A stretch of DNA of 61,858 nucleotides, the filler included, from Jimgerdemannia flammicorona (lineage: Eukaryota): assembly GCA_003990765.1 (NCBI GenBank). It is 2 parts of 2 records of this genome, joined end to end, with 100 filler letters (N's around TTAATTAATTAA, not from the genome) between each part and the next. Parts side by side here need not be neighbours in the genome. Positions count along the whole stretch, not along the records: positions 1 to 30,881 come from RBNJ01000420.1; positions 30,982 to 61,858 come from RBNJ01000421.1. The stretch is one strand, 5' to 3'. Below are positions 26,440-40,057 of the stretch, piece after piece. The notes under the pieces were generated by a model. The model was not told the origin of the DNA. It did no database searches and saw nothing but the letters and a program-made list of their open reading frames with translations. The position numbers were made by a program, and so were the translations under genes. The first letter of the stretch is position 1, and every line of letters begins with the position of its first letter.

Positions 26440-29400
26440 GTAGAACATTGAGCTATGGTATAGAGGAAGTATGTTGCTTCCACCCACTTAAAGGTAGTTG
26501 ATGAGAAGTATATTCAGATAGATAAGGCACTGTAGAAGAAGGCTTAGGGGAGGAAGAGACAGAAGGACATATAGATATAGTTGAAAGTAGTATCAGCTTT
26601 TAGATTGGAGGAGAGTTCCAAGGGGACTATAGCAAGTAACTAGGCTGCTGGTGGAGTGGAGAGACCAGTAGAGGGGGGAGAAGTGAGCAGAGAAATGTGT
26701 TATTAGTAGCTCTAAAGTTGGCATATTGGAGGTATGGGAGGAGGAGGAGGTGAGGGACAGGAGAGCTGCTTTCCTGAAGCAGAGTACTGATGAAGATATT
26801 GAGATAAGGGGTACCCGCAGAATTTGATTTAAAGTGCCAGATACTGCAAAAGGGGAATAGCTCATGAGTATTGAAGTAGAGGGGTTATTGAATGTTCTGG
26901 AGGAGGGGTGGAATTAGTTAGCTAGCACTGAGACTGATCACAATATTAGAAAGAGGGCAGTTAGGTACTTCTGGGGGAAAAAATATTAATAATCTGCAAT
27001 AGATATATGTGATAATTTATAACTTAGTAGTAGAGGAATTGGGAGAGGTGAAATTGAGGGTAAACAGTAAGAACCACTGAGAGAGAATCCTAAGGAGAGA
27101 TAGAGTAGTGGAGGTCCTGAAGCTTGAGATGTTGATAGTCTATATGGAAGAGGAGAGTTATGAGGTAGATGCTGCAAGAAGGGCAGAGCTGGCTGCAGCT
27201 GCTAGAGACAGTACTACATTTTGGTAGAAGAAGTGAAATAAAAGGATACTATAGCAGGAGATATATCTGGGGTATATAAGGAGAAAATAGAGGAGAAGAA
27301 TGATGAGGTGATTGCTGAGATCTTGACTGTGATAGAGATAAAAAAGGCCAAAGAGACAGAGATGGAGGCAGGGTATGGCTAGAACTTAGATCAGAAGACA
27401 ATGAGTGTGGAGCTATACGAAATAGGGCCTACTTTATAATTATATCTCTATATAAATAATATAACTAATATTTTCTCACTGAATGTGAATGGTTTGAGTG
27501 GTTCTGTAAGTTAGCAAAACATTTTCTCATAGCTGAAGAGATTGGAGACTGATCTTTTTCTTTTGCAAAATATATATTTAAAGGAGGACTTGGATGGGCA
27601 GAACTGAACTAAGAAATGGAGTGGTATTTCAGTTTGGTAAAACAAGGTTGGGATACTAGTGAGGAGTAGCAAAGATGATCTTTGTGAGATTGATAGCTAG
27701 AGTAGCCATTTGGTATAGGGTGAGTAATATTAGCCAGAGTGAGAGACTGTAATTGTTGAGCAGAGGTGGATATAATTGGGGGTAACTTCAATATGGTCAG
27801 AGTTATAGTAGTAGACAGAATTGATGGAGAGAGATGTGCTGGTAGTATAGTAGTAGACTGGAGATATGGGAGAAGGTTGAGAGACTGAGATCATTAGTAG
27901 ATACAGAAAGAACTTTATAGAGAGACCAGCAAGTATATACTCACTGAGTGAATGGATATAGAATGAGGATTGACTGGATGTTGACAGCTGATTACTGGGA
28001 GATAGATGTCTGGAGAAAATTAAAGGTAGAGTAGTATTTATGGTCTGATCATTAGAGATTATTAGGATATGGTTGGTTTGGGAAGAGTAGAGATAGACCT
28101 AGATATTAGTACCTCAATTCCTACTTACTGGCTGAGCAGAAGTTATGGGATGTGTGAGTGGAGGACATTAGCCAGAAGATTATTAATTAGATTGGAGAGA
28201 GGTGCTCAATTGGGGTATACTGGGTGAGGCTGAAAGAGGCTTTAAGGATATATTGGAGAGATACTAGCAGACTGGCTGGTGAGTAGTATCATAAGAGAGT
28301 AAGGTTGACTTCTACAAGATTGGCCAAACTCCAGGGAGATTGGGCTGGTCTGCTGGGGCTAGAGATAGAGAAGAATTGGAGGCTAGAATAAAACAGGATG
28401 GAGGTGGAAGAATTGCAAAGAGTGTTGAGAGAGGAGAAAGAAGCTCATATGAAGAAGATGTCAACTAGTTTGAGATAGCAGGAGTTTGAGAATGATGAGC
28501 AGTTCTCTAAATACTTATTATGGCTTCTTCAGACTCAGAGAGTAAGGTAGAGATGAGACAATATTCTTAATATTGGTGAATAGAGCTTAACAGATCTTGG
28601 GCTCTCTGAATAGGTAGTGGGAGAGTTTATAGACTTTGGAGGAGGTGGGTGCTGATTAAGAGACTATTGAGCAGACAATGGAAAATTGGCAATCTCTACC
28701 AGTATAGGGTCTGAGTGATCTGACTCTACTAGTCTAGATGGAGGAAGTCTAGCTGATTATAGCAGCTATATTATTGAATACTATATCAGGCAAGAACAGT
28801 CTGCCCTGGGATTTTTGAAAAATAATAGTGGGGGTCCCAGGGGTATTAAGGGAGATGGCAGTATTGTGTGACTTTGTACTCATATCTGAAAAGTGAATTA
28901 GAGAGCAGGATCTTTGCCTGGTAGTACTGCTGTTCAAGAATAAGGACAGATAAGAGAATTGGAAGGACTGGTGGCTAATCATACTTCTGAATATAGATAG
29001 AAAGTTGGTCACCAAAGTAATTATTGTAAGATTGCAGAATATAGTCCAACAGATACTAGGTAAAGAGCAGTGGGACTTTGTTAGAGAGAGGGTCTTATAA
29101 GAGTTGGGATGGTGTGGATATATAGTATTATTGAAGGGATGAGGGCTAGTGGACTGGATAGAAGATTGGTCTTTCTGAACCAGAAGGAGACTTATGACCA
29201 GGTAAGATACATAAGTCTGGCTAGAGAAGATACTAGATAGGATTAGTCTTCTCCAGCATTTCCAGGTTTTAATAATTAGTCTATTGAAGAGTAGCAGGAT
29301 AGTACTGATGTATAATAGACACCATGGTGTGGCTTTTTCTTTGTGAAGAAGAGTGCCTCAGGGGGATTTATTGTCCCCAATCCTGTATACTCTATAATTT

Positions 29401-30877
29401 GAGCCACTAATAGATCATATCCAGTATATAGTAGCTAGGCTCTCAATCAATGAGATAGTATGGAAGATTGGAGTATTTGCTGATGATCTAGATATTAGAA
29501 TATTATGAGACTGTGGAATGATATGAGAGACTCTCTGAAGTAAAGCTCAATTGGAATAAGTATGAGACAATAGTGTTAGGAGCCAGTTTGGTAGAGGGAG
29601 ATGTTGTTGGAACAATTGTTTCTATAGGAGAGGCTGTACAGTATTTGGAAATTTCTTTTAGTATCTAAATCTGTCTTATAAAGGATCTGATGAGAGAGGA
29701 AGGTGGTCAGTTGGGGGGAGATCCTTCAGAGCTGGAGGGGACATCACTTCTCTCTGGTGGGGTAGGTGTTGATTTAGAATATTTACTAGCTTCCAAAGAT
29801 GTGATATCTGATATATCATTTAGACTTTCTAGCCTTGGTAGTAAAGAAGCTATTAAAGTTGGCCAGGGATTGGATTTGGACTGAGAGATAGAATAAGATA
29901 GGATGGAAGATTTTGACATTATCAGTAAATAGGATAGGTCTGGATCTGGTGGACTTCCCTAGAAGGCTATACTATTTGAGAGCTTGGTAGTTAAAGTATG
30001 CTGTGGAGCTGTAGAGAGATAGATGGGTACTACTGCTTCTAAAGGTTTGGGAGATGAGATTCTCTTCTAGAGAATCTTCAGAAAATCTGATATCATTGAT
30101 AGAACTGGGTGACAGCTGGTGCTTGCAGTTCAAAGACTTCTAGTAAAGAATGGTAGAGAGTGCTCATTGTATTGAGCTGTGTTGGCAAGATGGTGATGGG
30201 GGAATTAATTGGGGTTCTGTAATATAGCATTGAGATCAACTTCTGTTAGATGGTTCACTGTTAGTAGATTTTGATCTTAGTGTTAAAGTAGAGTGCCAGC
30301 AAGAGATGGACCAGGATTTGTTGCTGGTAGGGTGGTAAATGGCTGGGATTGATGAGGAGTAAGACTGAATAAGTATCTAAACCTAGTGTATAGAGGTAAA
30401 GATATAGCTCCATCTGAAGTTCTTTATAGGTGATGTAGTAATATTTACTGTAGAGGAATATTATGCTGAACTTTAGATCAGAGCACTTAGTAGTGAGTAG
30501 GATTTTTTATTAAAGAGTACTTAAATATAGAGTAAGAGAGGGAGTTTGTATAGATGCCAGAACATTGGCTGAGTAAGTATGAGATTCTTGGAAACTTCTG
30601 GATTATGATTGAAAATTACATAGGAGTAATGAAAAAGGTGGTGGGTGTGCAGAGTCAGTGTGAGGATTTGTGAGTACACCTGATTAGTTGTATTGGAAAT
30701 AAGTTACTCACTGTTGAGTATGTCTTAGAGTTGTAGTGATTAATATAATGTTGATCTTTAATTATAAAGGAGTATGGAGGGGACTCTCTAGGGAGATTGG
30801 GTAGGGTTGGAGTCTTTGTATTATATATAGAGTTAGATTGGATTGTAGAAGTTCAAGTAACTATAAAAAAAAAAAAA
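20471..30877 (+). mobile_element. L1/Tx1-like LINE-D (host): pieces 20471-20691 and 26436-30877, 5' part missing
   Basis: The ORF1 fragment follows the hAT-2 TIR and resumes after LINE-C. APE start NIFSLNVNGL near 27465; VPQGDLLSP near 29352; VFADDL near 29473; AGTT-CAAGT-AACT then A13 at 30865-30877. Confidence 0.88.
20692..26435 (+). mobile_element. full-length L1/Tx1-like LINE-C nested in LINE-D ORF1
   Basis: TSD core AGTAGAACATT at 20681-20691 and 26439-26449. The 5' end CTTTCTCC..GTTACACAAACTTC is shared with LINE-B. ORF2 start MNRTTRIFSLNIN at 22724; LDQEKAYD and VPQGDP at 24537-24730; poly(A) to 26435. Confidence 0.92.
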
Positions 30878-30881
30878 TATA

Positions 30882-30981
30882 NNNNNNNNNNNNNNNNNNN
30901 NNNNNNNNNNNNNNNNNNNNNNNNNTTAATTAATTAANNNNNNNNNNNNNNNNNNNNNNNNNNNNNNNNNNNNNNNNNNNN
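30882..30981. other. assembly gap / artificial contig linker
   Basis: 44 N + TTAATTAATTAA (30926-30937, stops in all frames) + 44 N. Confidence 0.97.
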
Positions 30982-31906
30982 TTTTTTTTATAGTCACTTA
31001 GACTTTCCTTTATTATGGCTGTCTATAATATTAATACAATATCACCCCATCCCTTCAACCAATACTCCTTGGATCCACTCCTCCACCCCCTACTTCCCTC
31101 TGCCAGAGGACAACCCAGTCACCCACCACCTGAACCCTCTTGCCCCTTTTCCAGTAGATATTCTGTACCAACTCCCTGCGACTCCCCCCACCTGGCCCCC
31201 ACCCTCACTATCAACTATTCAAAATATCCAGTAACAACCATTTCCAATATACCACCCTATCCCCAATCCCAACCCACTGGTCCTTCTCAAATATATATAC
31301 CTCATATCCCACCAGCCTGACCTATATGGCCAGAGCCCAACTAAGGGTCAGCCATTCATCCCCAATCCCTCCTACCAGCCTTCAGTGGAGCTCTCCCCAT
31401 CTCCCCCCTTCCCCTCCTTCCAGGGCTTGCAACCCTAACCAGTCTGCAATATGATGCCAAAACACCCCCAAAATATCACATTCACTAAGCCAATGTTCCA
31501 GCATTTGTATCCCTCCCCCTTCCTGTCCAACATCAAAACATTCCTCACACTCAAATGTGCCACCAGCCACAAAGTGCTCAGACTGATAGTTCAACATCAC
31601 ATTCTACCATAGAACTTGCAATCAAACCACTCAGAACTTGGGGGGTAGCCACCACATCACCCACTTGATCCAAAGTGTGAGACTATTCCAGTCCCACTCC
31701 TCACCAATCCCAACCCTCTACCAGGCTTCAGGCCAAAGGTCCCCACCTAAGCCCTGCAAATACTCCATTCCATCACCAAGCTGGAAGTCCTCCACCAAAA
31801 CATTGCCCAGCATTAGCCTGTCCCATCTCCACATCTGCAGTCCCCAATCCTCCTCTCCCTCATCGCCCTGCCACCAAAGTCCAATTCTCCTAGCACCATC
31901 TACCAC

Positions 31907-32445
31907 TAGTGCTCCGAACGAGTCAATCCGGATGGGATTCGGATGGATTCGAATCAACCATTGTTTTGATTTCCAAATTGGACAATTAAATGTTTACATC
32001 AATAACTCGATGAATAATCATCCAAATTTGATGATCTTGGTGTCATTTCAAAGCTCCTAATATGGCCTTTCTAATGATACCAAGAACATTAAAATCGGAT
32101 TACATGTTGCCGAGATATTAAGGAAAACATTCTATTTGACGAAATTTTCAAAATTGGTAAATCGAAGAATTTCCAAAATCAGCGATTCAGACATTTTCCT
32201 TCATAACTCCGCAATACATGATCAGATTTCAATGTTCTTGGTATCATTAGATAGGCCATGTTACGGGCTTTCAAATGACACTAAGATCATCAAATTTGGA
32301 TGTTTATTTATCGAGTTATTGATGTAAACATTTGATTGTCTAATTTGGAAATGAAAACAATGGTTGATTCGAATCCATCTGGATGGGATTCAATCTGAAT
32401 CAATCCAAATCCAATCTTGATTAAATTGACTCGTTAGGAGCACTA
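31907..32445. mobile_element. hAT-type fold-back MITE (539 bp), non-autonomous relative of hAT-2
   Basis: TIR TAGTGCTCCGAACGAGTCAAT / ATTGACTCGTTAGGAGCACTA; perfect 8-bp TSD TCTACCAC (31899-31906, 32446-32453); long internal inverted arms. Confidence 0.95.
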
Positions 32446-33796
32446 TCTACCACCCTCCACCAAAAGCCCATATATCACATCCTCTTGCTCCCATCTAAGA
32501 CCACCAATGTCAGAAGATCACCAGAAGCTCCATGGGGGGAATACCTGGCCTCCCACACTCTCTGCATGAGTGGCACCCACTCCTGACCCCTCAGTTCGCT
32601 TACCCTCCTCAGCCACCATACTCTCAAGCAATGAAGCTATTTGGTAAAGTCCTCTAAACCCAGCCCACCTCTTTCCACTGGGAGGGTCAGAACCTCCCAA
32701 TCTATCTGACTCCACCACCATGCCCAGATCCACAAAATTGTCATTTTCAACAGTCTCCTGACCACCCAAGCTGGGAAGTTCAGATGATACCCCACATACC
32801 ACAGCTTTGGCATCCAATACACATTTAGTACCATCACTCTTCCTGCCAAGGATATATGCTGACCACTCTATTGCAAAAGCACATTTCCCCATGCCAGGAG
32901 GTTGATCCCACTAAGCATGGGGCAGAAGAGACCCAAATACTGAAAAGTAGATCCCCAGATAATGAACTGGCTCTCCTGCTGGCACCACCATCCCAATCAC
33001 ATTACCATCAATAATTCCACCACCTAGTACCAGAGTCTTGCATTTGTGCCAATTAAGTTTAGTATCAGAGCCCCTATCATACCATTCAACAGATCTCCTC
33101 AACTCTCCTATATCTGCTAGTGAACCCAGTCTAACCACCATGTCATCTGCAAAGGCCCCCACCTTCCAATTAATCTCTAGAATGTCCAATCCTCAATTCA
33201 ACACTGGATCCTATCCAGTAGAGATAGTGTATCACAACCCAAGCTGACCCATATACATATTTAACCCAACCCAGAATTATACATCACCCATCTTTAACCC
33301 AACCTGGAATAATACATCACCTATCTTTAACCCAATCTAGAATAATATATCACCCATCTTTAACCCAACCTGGAATAATATGTCACCTATCTTTAACCTG
33401 ACCCAGAATTATATTTCACCCATCTTTAACCTGACCTGGAAATATATGTTACCCATCTTTAACCCAATCCAGAATTATATGTAACCCATCTTTAACCCAA
33501 CTCAAGAAATATACATAACTCAACCCAAGAAATATATGTGACCTCACTCCAGAAATATACATGACCTGACTTAAGAAATATATGTGACCCAACCCTGACC
33601 CATATTTAACCTGACACAGACCCATCTTTAATCTGTCTTTAAGCTACAAGGTAACAAGAAAAATATATTGCACATCTAAGATATATATTTAGAATAAATA
33701 AATAGAAAAATAATTAGAAATTAGAAATAAAAATGAAATCGGAAATAAATAGAAAGTAAATCAGGAAAATAAAGAACTTACCAGTGTGAACAGATC

Positions 33797-35131
33797 TTAC
33801 TCTTTACCGATATTAACCAACTGATCCTCATCCTTCTCATATTCTGAACCATCTTCCTCCATATATTCTGAACTGCTTTTCTCTATATCCTCCTCCTCCA
33901 TATCCTCCTCTGACCAACCTCCTCTGTGCCAACCTCTATTTCATTCTCTGCGCTGACCTCCACATGTTCCTCCACACTGACCTCTCCATGTTCCTCTGTG
34001 CTGACCTCCACATGTTCCTCTGTGCCAACCTCCCCATATTCCTCTACACTGATCTCCCCCATGCCGACCTCCCCATGTTTCTCCATGCCAACCTCCCCCA
34101 CACCAACCTCCCCATGTTCCTCCATGCCAACCTCCCCTGCACTGACCTCCCCTGTGCCAACCTCCCCCATGCTGACCTCTCCACTGACCTCTCCACCAGC
34201 ACCAACTCCTCCACTGGCACCAACCTCTTCCACCTCTCCATCCCCTCCACCACTATCCTGCTCAACAAAATGTACAAGTCTGCCATCTATCAGTCATGTA
34301 TAAAGCATTTTGTCATTCTTCACCAGTACTCATTCAAATATGGCCAGCAGTTTTTTGTGTTCATCCATGATGAAAATTCCATCTGGATAACCTCACTTGT
34401 TCCATACTTTGGTATTCACCTTGAAGCTGGTATAGTATGATGAACATTCCATGATTTTCATATGGTTTTCTATCACTCTTATGACTTCTTGCCTCAGTTA
34501 GTCGTCATGTACTTTCTTAATGCATTTGTTGGCTGCAGCAAAAGCATGCCTAATGTCTGATTTGTAAGGCCTTTTCTCTGTGAGGTTTGGGGCATCTGGG
34601 AAATTGGTTTAGCAATGCTTTCAGGTGGTGTTTGGGCAAACTTGATGGCAAAAATGGCAATTGTAGCAAGATTTGTGCTCCAGCCCAGGCTTAGAAGCTG
34701 GAGGATATGTATATTTTGAATGTTATTAGGAAAAAATTTTGGACATTGATTTAAAAAGAAAAAAAAAAAAAAACCTAACTTTTTCAAGCTACATTATTGG
34801 AATATGGTGAGGGATCTTGTGTTTGTAGACTGGCAGCAAACTGGCAGTCAAGCTGGAGATTAGGGAGCTGAGGGTCAGTGAGCTGGGAGTTGGCGAGCTT
34901 GGCAACCTGGGTGTTGGCAAGCTTGGCAGGCTGGGTGTCGGCAAGCTCAGCAGGCTGGGAGTTAGCAAGCTCAGCAGACTGGGTGTTGGCAAGCTCAGCA
35001 GGCTGGGTGTTGGCAAGCTGGGCATCTTTAGGGCACTGAGCTTTGGGATAGCAAGCTGAAGCGCATCAAGCTTGGGTGGGGCCAAGTAAATACTTATTGG
35101 CCAGGCAGTCATATCTATGTTTTCTCAACAT
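33797..35131 (-). pseudogene. second (cargo) gene of hAT-1b
   Basis: Collinear with 8521-9808: ATG TTG AGA AAA at 35131, same intron position, SCYNCHFCHQVC motif, GEVGMEEH repeats (ORF 33883-34233). Confidence 0.6.
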
Positions 35132-35434
35132 AGTGGTAAATTAAGTGAGATGAAGTGAAGGATGAGATGAAGCAAAGGATGAGGTGAAAAGAATGAGAGA
35201 CGAAAGTAAGCTTTCAATATCTTAAATATTCAAAAGCTATAACATCTTTCAGAAGCTCTTTCAGAATCTCTCCGAAATCTCTTTCCAAAGCTCTTTCTGA
35301 ATCTCTTCAAAATCTCTTTCAAAACCCATTTCTAAATTGTATGTTGTTTGCAATCTGAGGAATGAGGGTAAGGGAGGTGGAGGAATACATGAGGGTTATG
35401 GAAGAGGAGTGGAACACAAGAGGAGTAGAATGCA

Positions 35435-36108
35435 AGAGGAGTAGAATGCAGTGAGGAAAGCTCCAGATTACAAGTATAAGCATAAGCATAAGCACAAATG
35501 CAAGCTTTGCTCTACTCAGCTGATAGCTGATATTATATGATATCAGCTTATTATTAGCTTGTCAGACTGAGTAGAGCAAAGCTTATACTGACACTTACAC
35601 TTGTAATCTGCAGCTTTCCTCACTGTGTTCCACTCCTCTCTGCATGATTCAGCAGGTTCTGCATAAGTCCCAATTGAGCAAGGTTTGTAATGACGTTTGA
35701 GTGAGGTTTGTGGTACGTTTGAGCAAGATTTGCAGTGAGATTTGCAGTGAGGTTTGAGTGAGATTTGCAGTGAGGTTTGAGTGAGATTTGCATGCGAGAT
35801 TTGCGTAAGTCAGGCTTTACAAGCCTTGTGCTTGCAAGCTCAGCTGATAGCTGATATCACATGATATCAGCTTATATACATGTCATATCAGCTTATGACT
35901 GAGCTTGTCTAGGCTTGCAAGTGCAAGGCTTGCAAAGCCTGGCTTATGCAAATCTTGCTTTAATCTTATGTACAAATCTCACTTGCAAATCTCACTTTAA
36001 TCTTGCTTATAAATCTTGCTGAACCTTGCTATAAATCTTGCTCAAATGTACCACAAACCTCACTCAAACATCATTGCAAACCTTGCTCAATGTAGAATAT
36101 ACTGAATC
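35435..36108. repeat. twin internal fold-backs of hAT-1b (35435-35639 and 35646-36108)
   Basis: Same mirrored arms as copy a; central AGCTGATATCACATGATATCAGCT at 35849-35872. Confidence 0.9.
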
Positions 36109-36447
36109 TCCAAAGTATGTTTACTGTTTGCAGTTGTATGATGGGTACCAGTCTACCCATGCATATTTATTCATCTATCCTCTGTCCACAATCGATCATT
36201 GGCTATCATATTCACCTCACTGCTCTCTCTCTTGCTGCCCCCCAGCTTGCTGACTCCTATTCCAGGCCCCACAGTTCCTGGCTTTTCCTGCCACTCACCA
36301 CATCCCCCCAACTCCCTGCCCCTTAGTTCACTGCCCCCCCAGCTCGTTTTCCAGTTTGCCACTCCCTAGCTCACTACACCCTAGCCACTTTCCAGCTCTC
36401 GGCCTCCCACTCAATCTCCCAGTCCCCACCATTATTAAACATTTGAA

Positions 36448-38770
36448 ATGTCTAAAGATCAAGAAGTATATTTAAGAGAAATCTCTGAACTATTGGATGA
36501 TATATCAGAGGATATATTGGAGGATATATCAGATATCTCCACTAGTTCGTTATCACCAATGAGTATGAGAATAAAAATAAAAACAAACCTAGTGATAGCT
36601 AGGTGTGGAATTATGCTACAAAGATAGTTTTATACATTATGCTAATAGTTGCATTCATAGAGATAATTGGTCTCATCAGTCATAAGAGTGGGTGGTTGGT
36701 TGTAAGTAGTTGAGGTTCTAATATAGTCTCATATCTCTCTATTCAAATAGAATTTACAAAGTAAGCTCATCAGTTGCAACCATTGCATAACTTAGAGCTA
36801 TATATCGAAGGACAGCAATATTAACAATCTTAAATGATATCTCTGAAAGCATCACAATGCCATGCTCTTACCTTTCCAGTGTGCTGAGAATCCTTGCTGG
36901 TCTAAGAAAGATAATATTGTGAGTATGGATAGAATGGAATTCAGGAAGTACTTAGGAGGTTAATAGAAAAATAATTCATAAAATTTTATTATTACAAATA
37001 AGAACATACTAGCAAGACTTTAAGTAATAAAAATTTCTGTCAGTTAATTGCCAACTTCATTGTCACTGGATATCAGCCATTCTTAACTATTGAAAACACT
37101 GGCTTCAAGTATCTCCTTTACATATTATGCCCTGATCTGGCCCTTCCATCAGCTGATATGATTTCATAAGTTATTCAAAAGGAATTCGAACTATTGTAGA
37201 CTCAAGTAAAAGCAAGGCTAGTAGGGCTCAAGTCGAAGGTGTCACTTATACTTGATTGTTAGACATAAGGTGTTAACATTAAGGCCTTTCTTGGAATAAC
37301 AGCTCATTGGATTGACAGTGATTGGAAGATGCATGACATTATCTTAGACTTTGTGAATATCAGCAAAATAACACACATGGGTACCAAACTTGCAAAATGT
37401 CTGGAGCTGGTAATAGATGATTTATTACCTAGTAATAATCAAATCATTGCTGTTGTGTGTAACAATGCCAGTAACAATGATACTCTATTTGAGAATCTCC
37501 ATCATCCACTCGCTCATGTATACTATTTTGGACATATATTGAATCTCGTCATTCGTAATACTCGAGGTTCTCTTAGTGAGCCCATTAGAAAGCTATGAGA
37601 GTTGATAAAGAAGATCAAAAATTCAGTGCAACAATAAGCACAACTGGTAAAGGTCTGTGAATCCTCCGGAATTCCCATTTTGAAGTCTCTCTTAGATATT
37701 ATGACAAGATGGAGTTCTACATAGGAAATGTTAGCATGTGCTCTGGAGATTCATAAGGTAAGATTTTGAATCTATTTGTATAGATTTTGGAATATGTTTC
37801 AGAAGTATTTTAGTGCTAAATAAATTGATATTATACCCAAATAGGGCTTGGATATATTGTGTGCCATGGATAAGTAAATGAGCAATATATCTGAAGATAT
37901 ATGGCAACAATTTGAATTGATTTGCTGATTTCTTGAGTCTTTTGCCAAAGTGACAACTGTGATGTCAGCTTCAAAGTGTCCTATAATAGTGGCTGTTATT
38001 CCACTATTTAATCAGCTATGTGATCACCTCAAAGATGTCATCCATATATATTAAACTGGTGAACATTTTAATTAGGTATATATATGATTTTGAAAGTAAT
38101 TTTATTTGTGAATTTAGGAACTAATTTAGTAAGTAATTGGGAAGTAATATGTGTATATTTTTATTTTTTATAGATAATGCTTACTGCTGCTGAGAATATA
38201 TGTACATATGAAACTTTTAAAGTATTATGGCAAGATGATACCATTATACAGCATAGCTTCAGCCTTAGATCTATGTATCAACATACATTATTTCCATCAT
38301 AAGCAATAGAAAAAATCCTTAATTGATAAATGGAAGAATCAGATGGAACGTATCTGGAAAAAGAAGTATAAGCCTGTTAATGCTGTCATTATACCCTCAA
38401 TATCTCATAATACTAATGATTTTATCAACTCAATATATGAGAAAAAACAGCATTTCAATGTGGATGATGAGCTTGAATGGTAGGTGTTGTTTCTATGTTT
38501 TTTAGTTGGCTTGGTTAATTTTCACTCATATTTCTCTATTTCAGTTATTTGTCGGAGAATACAGCTGATCCTCATATAGATATACTGGATTCATGGTGGT
38601 GAAATCAGTCGGTATATTCTAATCTTTCATGAATAGCTTGTGATTATCTTGCTATTTCATGATATCTGTTCTATCTGAATATATTTTTTCTATTGCTGGT
38701 GAGCTAGTGACTGAATGTCGAAACAGCTTGTGTGTAAATACAATTCGTGCATGCATGTGTTTGGATTCTT
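36448..38770 (+). pseudogene. hAT-1b transposase
   Basis: MSKDQEV start; SCNHC..KHH; FLGITAHWID; VCNNASNND; GHILNL; TRWSST near 37705; dimerization domain near 38615-38725. Confidence 0.88.
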
Positions 38771-40057
38771 GGTAGTCTTCAGATATTTTTCACTTTCAAT
38801 TACTCTGAATAATATCCAAATATTTCTGAATTATTTTTTCAGGGCAGAGTTCAGAGGGTTGGGTTCAGGGTCAGATTCAGGGGTCAGGTTCAGGGTCAGG
38901 TTCAGGGGTCAGGTTCATGGTCAGGTTCAGGGGTTGGGTTCAGGGTCAGGTTCAGGAGTCAGGTTCAGGTTTGGGTTAAGGGTAAATAATGAGTCAGCTG
39001 ACATACATTTCTAGGTCAGGTTAAAGATGGGTTATGTTTAATTCTGAGTCAGGTTAAAGATGGGTAATGTATCTTTCTGAGTTGAGTTAAAGATGGGTGA
39101 TGTACAATTCTGAGTTATATTACAGATGGGTGCATATAATTCTAGATCAGGTTAAAGATGGGTGATGTATAATTCCAGGTTGGGTTAAAGATGGGTGACA
39201 TCTAATTCCAGGTTGGCTGTTTTATAGATCGGGTTTCGGGTTAATCAGGTTGGGTTTGTAGAGCACTAAGTAGGGGCTCCAGAGAGAGGGCATATAAGAT
39301 GAGCAACAAAGGGTCTCCTTGTGGCACCCCAAGATAAAGGGGAAAGGTTACACCTCTGTGGCTATTGACAATCAATACAGCCTGACTGTTTTCCAAAAGA
39401 CTGATCTATGACCTTTGGAACTCTGGGGGAACACCAACCCATTTCAACACTACCTCTAGCCAGATCCTCCTCACTCTATCATACATCTTTTCCTGGTCTA
39501 AAAAAACCAATCTTCCATCCACCCCTACAGTCTACACTCCTTCAATCACCTCATGTACCCAAGCTGTCCCATCTCAGATCAACTGGCCACCAACAAATCC
39601 TCATTGCTTCACACCCAGTACTTGCTGAATGATTCTCTGCAGCCTTGTCACCAATATCTTTATCACCAGTTAGCAGTCCATATCAAGTAGCATAATTGAC
39701 TACCAGTTCTTCCAATCTTCCCATTGCCCCTTATCTTTGTAGAGCAAGACCAGTTCAAGGTACTGGCCCCCAATCCAAGTTCCAGACTGAAGTACCTCAC
39801 TATACATTCCTGTCATTTCCTCCAATACCTCTGCCACCCCAGCCATCTTCTTCCAAAAATCCCAGAGAAGTCTATCCTCACCCAGAGCTGTCCTCTTACT
39901 TATTGTAGCCAAGGCCTTGCAAATTTCCTTACCCTTTACTAGATCTCCCAGAGTCCCCAGGCCCATTACAGAGTATGGATGCCAATTCTCCAACTGCCTC
40001 TCAATATTCAAAGCATCCTCCCCCCCTTCCTACTCACTCTACAAATACTCCCAATAA

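Larger units (their letters stand above)
33225..39268 (+). mobile_element. hAT DNA transposon family 1, copy b (6044 bp)
   Basis: Termini TAGTGTATCACAACCC / GGGTTTGTAGAGCACTA. 8-bp TSD AGTAGAGA (33217-33224) / AGTAGGGG (39269-39276) matches the uninterrupted LINE RT sequence. 33-bp arrays at 33260-33500 and 39000-39215. Confidence 0.95.

Noticed and set aside
30926..30937. TTAATTAATTAA palindrome inside the N run
   Set aside because: Symmetric six-frame-stop linker added during assembly; adjacency across it is not established.
38845..38985. GGGTCAGGTTCAGGG repeats as telomeric sequence
   Set aside because: Irregular, internal to the hAT subterminal region and mirrored in copy a.
4344..39268. 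Two inverted hAT-1 copies as arms of one giant composite element
   Set aside because: Copy b has its own 8-bp TSD inside LINE-E, and the copies lie on opposite sides of the contig linker.
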